Origin: Desulfoarculaceae bacterium
Lineage (GTDB): Bacteria > Desulfobacterota > Desulfobulbia > Desulfobulbales > Desulfocapsaceae
DNA length: 64,000 nt
Direction: 5' to 3'
NCBI GenBank assembly: GCA_019429465.1
Contig: JAHYIV010000008.1
Location: forward strand, 20,597 to 84,596
This document shows, piece after piece, positions 57,506 to 64,000 of this stretch. The notes under the pieces are model-generated. The model ran no database searches, was not told the DNA's origin, and saw nothing but the letters and a program-made list of their open reading frames with translations. Position numbers and translations under genes: made by a program. How positions within the stretch are numbered: the stretch's first letter is position 1; every line of letters begins with the position of its first letter.

Positions 57506-58471
57506 TCAGTACTTCAACCCCACCCGGTCCCGCACCAAGTCGAGTGTTACCATGGCCTTGGCGCGCGCCTTGTCGGCACCCTTTTTGAGGATCTCCCGCA
57601 GCATGGCGGGATCGGCAAGATACTCGGTCTTTTTCCTCCGGGCCTCGGCAAAATAGTCACTGATAAGATCCAGCAGTTCCAATTTGATATATCCATAGGC
57701 AGCACCTCCATTCACGTAGAGGTTACGCACCTCCTGCAGTCGTTCCGGCGCGGCAAAGAGTTTAAACATGGCAAAGAGATTGCATTTGTCAGGATCCTTC
57801 GGATCATCCACCGGTGTGGCATCGGTGGCGATGGCCATGACCTTTTTTTTCAGGCCATTTCCTTCCAGGAAGATCGGGATGGTATTGCCATAGGACTTGG
57901 ACATCTTCCTCCCGTCCAGGCCAGGAACTGTGGCCGTTACCTTGCTGATGGCCGGCTCCGGCACGACAAAGGTCTCGCCAAAAATAGTATTAAACTTCTG
58001 GGCCAGATCACGGGCCACCTCCAGATGCTGCTTCTGATCCTGACCGACCGGAACCTGATCCGCCTGATAGAGCAGGATATCAGCGGCCATGAGCACGGGA
58101 TAGGAAAAAAGGCCATGACTGGGCTCAATGCCATTAGCCACCTTGTCCTTATAGGAATGACAGCGTTCAATCAGACCCATGGGCGCGATGGTGGACAGGA
58201 TCCAGGTCAGTTCACACACCTCCGGCACATCCGACTGCACCCAGAAGATAGAGCGCTCGGGATCAAGCCCCAGGGCCAGAAAATCGGCGGCAGCCTCAAG
58301 GGTGCCGGTCGCAAGACGGGTCCGGTCATGGACCGAGGTCATGGCATGCAGATCAACTATAAAGACATAGAGTTCAGAACTCTCCATCTGAGAGATCATG
58401 GTCTTCATCATACCAAAGTAATTTCCGATATGCAGCTGACCGGACGGTTGGATTCCAGATAAAATTTTCAT
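57506..58471 (-). CDS. trpS: tryptophan--tRNA ligase
   Basis: SGIQPSGQLHIGNY provides the HIGH-type motif. KMSKS is also present. The 321-aa length is typical. Confidence 0.95.
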   Translation of the reverse strand: MKILSGIQPSGQLHIGNYFGMMKTMISQMESSELYVFIVDLHAMTSVHDRTRLATGTLEAAADFLALGLDPERSIFWVQSDVPEVCELTWILSTIAPMGLIERCHSYKDKVANGIEPSHGLFSYPVLMAADILLYQADQVPVGQDQKQHLEVARDLAQKFNTIFGETFVVPEPAISKVTATVPGLDGRKMSKSYGNTIPIFLEGNGLKKKVMAIATDATPVDDPKDPDKCNLFAMFKLFAAPERLQEVRNLYVNGGAAYGYIKLELLDLISDYFAEARRKKTEYLADPAMLREILKKGADKARAKAMVTLDLVRDRVGLKY

Positions 58472-58495
58472 AGCAATAAAGAATTATAATTAACC

Positions 58496-58569
58496 CCGAT
58501 GAACGGGATAAGTGCCTTACGCAGATTATTTTCTGGAAAAAAAAACAAGAAAACAACCTGTAAGGCACT
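58496..58569 (+). repeat. REP-like palindromic element, copy 5
   Basis: The sequence CCGATGAACGGGATAAGTGCCTTACGCAGATTATTTTCTGGAAAAAAAAACAAGAAAACAACCTGTAAGGCACT lies between dnaK and trpS. Confidence 0.85.
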
Positions 58570-58727
58570 AAACAGGGGAAGAATGGATAAGACCAGTACG
58601 TTCAGGGACTTTGAAAGTAGGTACCATACAGTAAAAATAAAAAAAAGGGGAGTGAGAAAAACCTCTTTCCTCACCCCCCCTTTTTTAGACTTTGCCAGAA
58701 CAACGATCTGACCTGGAATCAGCCCTC

Positions 58728-60644
58728 TTACTTCTTGTCGTCTTTGACCTCTTCAAAATCGGCATCAACCACATCGTCATCCTTGGGAGCATCGCCACCG
58801 GCGCCACCCTCTGTCTGGCCTGCATCGCCTCCCTGCTGGGAGGCCTGGGCATACATAATCTCAGCCAGTTTATGCGAGGCCGTGGTCAGCGCCTCAACGG
58901 CACTCTTCAGGGCCTCAATATCCTCACCGGCAGAGGCAGCCTTTACCTTCTCAATCTCTTTTTCCACATTGGCCTTGGTCTCGGCATCCACCTTGTCACC
59001 AAGATCCTTGAGACTCTTCTCGGTCGAATGAATCATGGCATCGGCATTATTCCGGGTGTCGACCAGCTCCCGCCGCTTATGGTCCTCCTCGGCATGCAGT
59101 TCGGCATCACGGGTCATCTTTTCAATATCTTCCTTGGAGAGACCGGAAGAGGCGGTGATACGGATGGACTGTTCCTTGCCGGTGCCCAGGTCTTTGGCCG
59201 AGACATGGAGGATACCGTTGGCATCAAGGTCGAAGGAGACCTCAATCTGCGGAACACCACGAGGGGCCGCGGGGATCTCGGACAGCTCGAAACGGCCGAT
59301 GGTCTTGTTATCCTGGGCCATCTCCCGCTCACCCTGCAGGACATGGATGGATACGGCCGGCTGGTTATCAGCCGCAGTCGAGAACACCTGGCTCTTCTTG
59401 GTGGGGATGGTGGTGTTCTTCTCGATCAGTTTCGTGGTCACGCCGCCCAGGGTCTCGATGCCGAGGGAGAGGGGGGTCACGTCGAGCAGCAGCACATCCT
59501 TGACATCACCGCCCAGGACACCGCCCTGGATAGCCGCGCCGATGGCCACGACCTCATCGGGATTCACGCCCTTATGCGGATCCTGACCGAAGATCTCCTT
59601 GACCTTGGCCTGGACCTTGGGCATGCGGGTCATGCCGCCCACCAGGATGATCTCGTTGATATCCTTGGCAGTCAGGCCGGCGTCCTTCAAGGCCATGCGG
59701 CAGGGGGCAACAGTCCGCTCAATAAGATCATCGACCAGGCTCTCAAGTTTGGCCCGGCTCAGCTTGATATTCAAATGCTTGGGACCTGAGGCATCGGCGG
59801 TGATAAAGGGGAGATTGATATCGGTCTCCATGGTGGTGGACAGCTCCATCTTGGCCTTTTCCGCCTCTTCCTTCAACCGCTGGAGGGCCATTTTATCGTT
59901 GCGCAGATCAATACCCTGACTGCGGTTAAACTCATCGGCCAGCCAGTTGACGATCCGCATATCAAAGTCTTCACCGCCGAGGAAGGTGTCCCCGTTGGTC
60001 GATTTCACCTCAAAAACACCGTCGCCGATCTCGAGGACGGAGACGTCAAAGGTGCCGCCGCCAAGATCAAAGACAGCAATCTTCTCCTCGCCTTTCTTGT
60101 CAAGACCATAGGCCAGAGCTGCAGCTGTCGGCTCGTTGATGATCCGCAGCACATTGAGACCGGCGATCTTGCCGGCATCCTTGGTGGCCTGACGCTGGGC
60201 ATCGTTGAAATAGGCGGGAACGGTGACTACGGCGTCGGTCACCTCTTCTCCCAGATATTCCTCGGCAGTCTTCTTCATCTTACCCAGGATCATGGCCGAG
60301 ACCTCGGCCGGGGTATAGCTCTTGCCGTCCACTTCGATATTGGCCGCGCCGCCTTTGCCGGACACGATCTTGAAGGGGCTGATTTCAATAGACTTCTTCA
60401 CCTCGGCATCGCTGAAATTACGGCCGATCAGACGCTTGATCGCATAGAGGGTCCGCTCGGGATTGGTGACGGCCTGACGTTTGGCCACCTGCCCGACAAT
60501 GCGTTCATTATTATCACTGAAGGCCACAATCGAAGGGGTTGTCCGGTTGCCCTCGACATTGGCAATCACCTTGGGATCGCCCCCTTCCATAATGGCCACA
60601 CATGAGTTGGTCGTTCCCAGATCTATTCCAATTATCTTTCCCAT
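58728..60644 (-). CDS. dnaK: molecular chaperone DnaK (Hsp70)
   Basis: [33 protein letters not shown], and an acidic C-terminus are present. Confidence 0.98.
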   Translation of the reverse strand: MGKIIGIDLGTTNSCVAIMEGGDPKVIANVEGNRTTPSIVAFSDNNERIVGQVAKRQAVTNPERTLYAIKRLIGRNFSDAEVKKSIEISPFKIVSGKGGAANIEVDGKSYTPAEVSAMILGKMKKTAEEYLGEEVTDAVVTVPAYFNDAQRQATKDAGKIAGLNVLRIINEPTAAALAYGLDKKGEEKIAVFDLGGGTFDVSVLEIGDGVFEVKSTNGDTFLGGEDFDMRIVNWLADEFNRSQGIDLRNDKMALQRLKEEAEKAKMELSTTMETDINLPFITADASGPKHLNIKLSRAKLESLVDDLIERTVAPCRMALKDAGLTAKDINEIILVGGMTRMPKVQAKVKEIFGQDPHKGVNPDEVVAIGAAIQGGVLGGDVKDVLLLDVTPLSLGIETLGGVTTKLIEKNTTIPTKKSQVFSTAADNQPAVSIHVLQGEREMAQDNKTIGRFELSEIPAAPRGVPQIEVSFDLDANGILHVSAKDLGTGKEQSIRITASSGLSKEDIEKMTRDAELHAEEDHKRRELVDTRNNADAMIHSTEKSLKDLGDKVDAETKANVEKEIEKVKAASAGEDIEALKSAVEALTTASHKLAEIMYAQASQQGGDAGQTEGGAGGDAPKDDDVVDADFEEVKDDKK

Positions 60645-60835
60645 GATAGTATCGCTCCTTGTTTCAAAATATAATAGCTGTCATTTTATCAATGACCTTT
60701 GTTGTCAGTTTCATATTTTTTATGTTTTACAGGGACTCCCCCACAAAACTTCCGTCTTTAAAGAGGATTACATAATGTGTACCATCCTGCTTTTGTCAAG
60801 AGAAGCATGCGTCTTTTCTAGGCTCAAAACGAAAA

Positions 60836-61438
60836 TCAAGACCCGTCCGTGCCTGACGAAACAATCACCCTGGCAACCCGCAATAAACGGTCTTTATAAT
60901 AATACCCTTTTTCAAATTCACTGAGCACATGATTGACCGGGACGACATCACTGGCCTCCATGGCCAGGGCCTCCTGAACATTAGGATCAAAAGGCTGACC
61001 AATACAGTCAATCGACCTTACCTCAAATTTCTCCAATGTTGCCAGCAGACCTTTTAAGGTAAGCTGCACCCCTTCCAGCAGTGCCGCCGTCTTCGTCTCC
61101 GCCTCAACTCCCTCTACCCCGCCCTGGGCCAATGCTCGCTCCAGATTGTCAACAACGGGCAGGATCTCTCGCAGGATATGTTCACCGGCATACTTCATAG
61201 CCGCGTTGCGATCCCGCTCCATCCGTTTTTTATAATTGTCAAATTCAGCCGCGGCACGCAGCATCTTATCCTGGTATTCAGCAATTTCTTGCTGAGCAGA
61301 AGCAAGTTTTTCTTCTCCTGTCAACCCTGCATCGAGCGCGGGTGTTCCTTTCACGTCTTCAGCCGCCTGTTGCTCCATCTTTTCCGGAACGATTTCATTT
61401 TCTTGCTCTTTACCCACCTGCTCCTCCCTTTTCTCCAT
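60836..61438 (-). CDS. grpE: nucleotide exchange factor GrpE
   Basis: YQDKMLRAAAEFDNYKKR, DNLERAL, and the C-terminal beta domain GYYYKDRLLRVARV are present. The start is uncertain (61438 or 61462). Confidence 0.9.
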   Translation of the reverse strand: MEKREEQVGKEQENEIVPEKMEQQAAEDVKGTPALDAGLTGEEKLASAQQEIAEYQDKMLRAAAEFDNYKKRMERDRNAAMKYAGEHILREILPVVDNLERALAQGGVEGVEAETKTAALLEGVQLTLKGLLATLEKFEVRSIDCIGQPFDPNVQEALAMEASDVVPVNHVLSEFEKGYYYKDRLLRVARVIVSSGTDGS

Positions 61439-61523
61439 ATGAACAAGGCACACGCCCCACAACCACAGCAGAACAGTCCATTATTCATGAAAGCCTGCTG
61501 TTATTGACTTACAACGTGAGCGA

Positions 61524-61552
61524 ACAATAAGGAGCCCCATTTTCATTGTCAA
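61524..61552 (-). promoter_or_regulatory. candidate sigma70-type promoter upstream of grpE-dnaK
   Basis: The minus strand reads TTGACA (61552-61547), a 17-nt spacer, then TATTGT (61529-61524), about 85 nt upstream of the grpE ATG. Confidence 0.3.
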
Positions 61553-61912
61553 GACAGGAAAGAGACGCCCCGCCTTGTATCCTGCCTTGAATCTTATCTA
61601 GTGTCTGTCCATAAATGAGGATTTTTGTTCGAGATCAAGGACTGCGAAAAAAATAAGCGCAGGCATATACATGATATTCCGAGCATTATTTTTTGAGCAT
61701 GACGCAGAGATCGGGCAAAAAGACCATTTATGGACAGGCACTATCTACAAAAAGCGCATGGCAATCGTCATGCCACGGTCAGGCTGTCATCTGGACGAAA
61801 AGACTTTTTTCCAAACTCCCTTGAGTTTTAAAACAAAAGACAATATAGTTGCTCCACATATAAAAAAATAGCTTTCCAGCAATGATGCCACATTTTACAG
61901 CGGAGCAGCAAT

Positions 61913-62986
61913 ATGGATTTTGAACCTAAATGGATCGCCTGGGAGATCACCAGACGATGCAACCTGAAGTGTGTCCACTGCAGATCTTCTTCCACGCTTG
62001 AGGTCGCCGACCATCCCGACTTTCCTTTCAGCGAGGCCACCCGTATTCTTGACGATATTGCCTCCTATGCCAACCCGGTGGTCGTGCTCTCCGGCGGAGA
62101 ACCGCTGCTGCGCAAGGATGTCTTTGACATCGCCAGATATGGCACTGGCAAAGGCCTGCGCATGTGTCTCGCCACCAATGGCACGCTGGTGACCCAGGAT
62201 ACCTGCGACCAGATCAAGGATGCCGGCATTAAAATGGTATCCCTCAGTCTGGACGGGGCCAAGCCCGAAACCCACGACAATTTCAGAAATCAGGAAGGCG
62301 CCTTTGCAGGGACCATGAACGCCATCCGGCTCTTTAATGAAAACAAGATCCCCTTCCTGATCAACTCCTCCTTTACTGCCCGCAACCGGGAAGAGATCCC
62401 GGAGATCTATAAACTGGTCAAATCCCTTGGCGCCTCTGCCTGGTACATGTTCATGATCGTGCCCACCGGCCGCGGCGAGGATATCATGGAAGAGCTGATC
62501 CCGGAAAAGGTCTATGACGAGATCCTGGAATGGCATTACCAGGTAGAAAAGGAAGAGAACGAACTGCTGATGCGGCCAACATGTGCCCCCCACTACTACC
62601 GGATCGTCAGGCAGAAGGCCAAGGAAGAGGGGAGCACCTTCAAGCGGCGCAATCTGCAATTTTCCACAGGAGGCTCCAAAGGCTGCCTGGCCGGCCAGCT
62701 TATCTGCCTGATCGACGTCGACGAAAATATCCTGCCCTGCAGCTATTTCCCCAAATCCGCCGGCAATCTGAAGGAACTTTCCTTCAAGGAGATCTGGGAG
62801 GATTCAACCCTGTTCCATGAGCTGCGTGACTTCAAGGGCTACAAAGACAACTGCGGGCGCTGTGAATATGTGAACGTCTGCGGCGGCTGCCGGGCACGGG
62901 CCTATGCCATGACCGGCGACTATCTGGCCCAGGAACCCTTTTGCAGTTACGTGCCCGGAACACGGCTTCCACAACCTGATTCGTAA
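61913..62986 (+). CDS. radical SAM/SPASM-domain protein of the NirJ/AhbC/AhbD type
   Basis: GGAG lies 7 nt upstream of the ATG. The radical SAM motif [16 protein letters not shown] provides CX3CX2C. The C-terminal SPASM-type Cys motifs are [18 protein letters not shown]...PFCSY. hemE follows directly. Confidence 0.65.
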   Translation: MDFEPKWIAWEITRRCNLKCVHCRSSSTLEVADHPDFPFSEATRILDDIASYANPVVVLSGGEPLLRKDVFDIARYGTGKGLRMCLATNGTLVTQDTCDQIKDAGIKMVSLSLDGAKPETHDNFRNQEGAFAGTMNAIRLFNENKIPFLINSSFTARNREEIPEIYKLVKSLGASAWYMFMIVPTGRGEDIMEELIPEKVYDEILEWHYQVEKEENELLMRPTCAPHYYRIVRQKAKEEGSTFKRRNLQFSTGGSKGCLAGQLICLIDVDENILPCSYFPKSAGNLKELSFKEIWEDSTLFHELRDFKGYKDNCGRCEYVNVCGGCRARAYAMTGDYLAQEPFCSYVPGTRLPQPDS

Positions 62987-63114
62987 CCCTCTTCATGCTG
63001 AAACAACTCCCTCGCGCAGAGGCGAAGTTAGGCCGGAAAGGCCAATAAAGGTCTTCCCGGCGACTCCGCCTCTCAAGGCGAAAAACTATTAACCCTTCAC
63101 CTGTTAACTCAATT

Positions 63115-64000
63115 ATGATGAACGATACCTTTCTCAAGGCCTGCCGCGGTGAAAAGACCAGCTACACCCCCATCTGGATGATGCGCCAGGCTGGGCGCTA
63201 CCTCCCTGAATATCAGAAAGTACGCGGCAAGGTCACCTTTCTTGAACTGTGCAAATCGCCGGAACTGTGCGTCGAGGTGTCCCTGCAGCCCGTTGATATC
63301 CTGGGTGTCGACGCGGCTATCCTCTTCTCCGATATTCTCATCCCCATGGAGGCCATGGGTGCGCCCCTCACTTTCTCCGAGGGACATGGCCCCATCTTCC
63401 CGGAACCCATCCGTAACCAGGCAGCCCTTGACCGGCTTATTGTGCCCGATCCCGATGTCCACACCGGTTTTGTCATGGAGACCATTCGTCTGCTGCGCAA
63501 GGAACTGAAGGTGCCCCTGATCGGCTTTTCCGGCGCGCCCTTTACCCTGGCCACCTATCTGATCGAAGGCGGCTCTTCCAAGGTCTTCTGGGAGACCAAG
63601 AAGATGATGTTCACCCAGCCCGAATTATTCCATAACATTATGGAGAAGATCACTGAATGCACCAGCCTCTATCTTCAGGCCCAGGCCAAGGCCGGCGCTC
63701 AGGCCCTGCAGATCTTTGATTCCTGGGTCGGTGTCCTCGCCCCATGTGATTTCAAGGAATTTGCCCTGCCCTATGTCCAACGGATTATCAGCGACCTGCA
63801 GGATACCGGTCTGCCCATCATCTATTTTGCTAACAACGGGGCGACCTTGGTTGATCTCTCGGTCCAGTCGGGCGCCGATGTCCTGGGATTGGACTGGCGT
63901 ATCAACATAGGAGATGCCATTAAGAAGGTTGGCAACAAGGCCGTCCAGGGCAATATTGACCCATTTGCCCTGATGCTGCCCAAAGACAAACTGCGCCAGC
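63115..64000 (+). CDS. hemE: uroporphyrinogen decarboxylase (partial; runs off the right edge)
   Basis: The translation is MMNDTFLKACRGEKTSYTPIWMMRQAGRYLPEYQ...AAILFSDILIP...GFSGAPFTLATYLIEGG, with no stop before the window end. The gene is absent from the ORF track because it is open-ended. Confidence 0.9.
   Translation, partial: MMNDTFLKACRGEKTSYTPIWMMRQAGRYLPEYQKVRGKVTFLELCKSPELCVEVSLQPVDILGVDAAILFSDILIPMEAMGAPLTFSEGHGPIFPEPIRNQAALDRLIVPDPDVHTGFVMETIRLLRKELKVPLIGFSGAPFTLATYLIEGGSSKVFWETKKMMFTQPELFHNIMEKITECTSLYLQAQAKAGAQALQIFDSWVGVLAPCDFKEFALPYVQRIISDLQDTGLPIIYFANNGATLVDLSVQSGADVLGLDWRINIGDAIKKVGNKAVQGNIDPFALMLPKDKLRQ

Noticed and set aside
58692-59789. A 365-aa ORF lies antisense to dnaK. 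Similar long antisense ORFs occur at 12353-13552 (pntB), 48073-49862 (folP/ftsH), 51386-52054 (carB) and 66-884 (PHP gene).
   Set aside because: All lie opposite genes with unambiguous family signatures. Their translations are Gly/Arg/His-rich low-complexity sequence typical of shadow frames.
61463-61912. I looked for a CIRCE/HrcA operator or a sigma32 heat-shock promoter upstream of grpE-dnaK.
   Set aside because: No TTAGCACTC-N9-GAGTGCTAA-like inverted repeat is present. The CTTGAA and CCCCAT-like strings that do occur are on the wrong strand or have the wrong spacing (17 or 25 nt instead of 13-15). Only a sigma70-like candidate is reported, at low confidence.

Overview
This is a 64-kb chromosomal window with about 50 protein genes, one tRNA-Gln(CUG), and no rRNA, CRISPR array, transposase or integrase. 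Most genes are housekeeping: carAB, ftsH, folP, dnaK-grpE, trpS, cysS, tilS, mutY, mpl, ampG, pntAA/AB/B, cdaA-cdaR-glmM, fabL-like, maf and a partial hemE. Gene content (many radical SAM enzymes, a c-type cytochrome, cdaA in a Gram-negative-type context, a DUF748 giant) suggests a Desulfobacterota-like anaerobe, but that is inference only.

The unusual material is as follows.
1. A minus-strand cluster at 29.0-36.1 kb combines four genes: a 1124-aa HEAT-like/cNMP-like/PilZ protein, a T7-gp4-like zinc-ribbon/Toprim-like/DnaB-type ATPase, a dihaem cytochrome c, and a soluble MotA-loop-like protein.
2. An 8-kb cassette at 38.1-46.5 kb is bracketed by perfect 177-bp inverted repeats. It carries a histidine kinase, a REC-PATAN-Roadblock regulator, a second Roadblock protein, DUF362, a B12-radical SAM enzyme, and a 59-aa Cys-rich gene that falls below the 60-aa ORF-track cutoff.
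3. A dispersed palindromic repeat of about 74 nt occurs in 5 copies.
4. A 124-bp tandem array of 3.8 units carries a compensatory stem substitution.
5. Two adjacent envelope genes are disrupted, one by an in-frame TAA and one by a frameshift in a G5 run.

All product calls rest on motifs I recognise in the translations. No database search was run.
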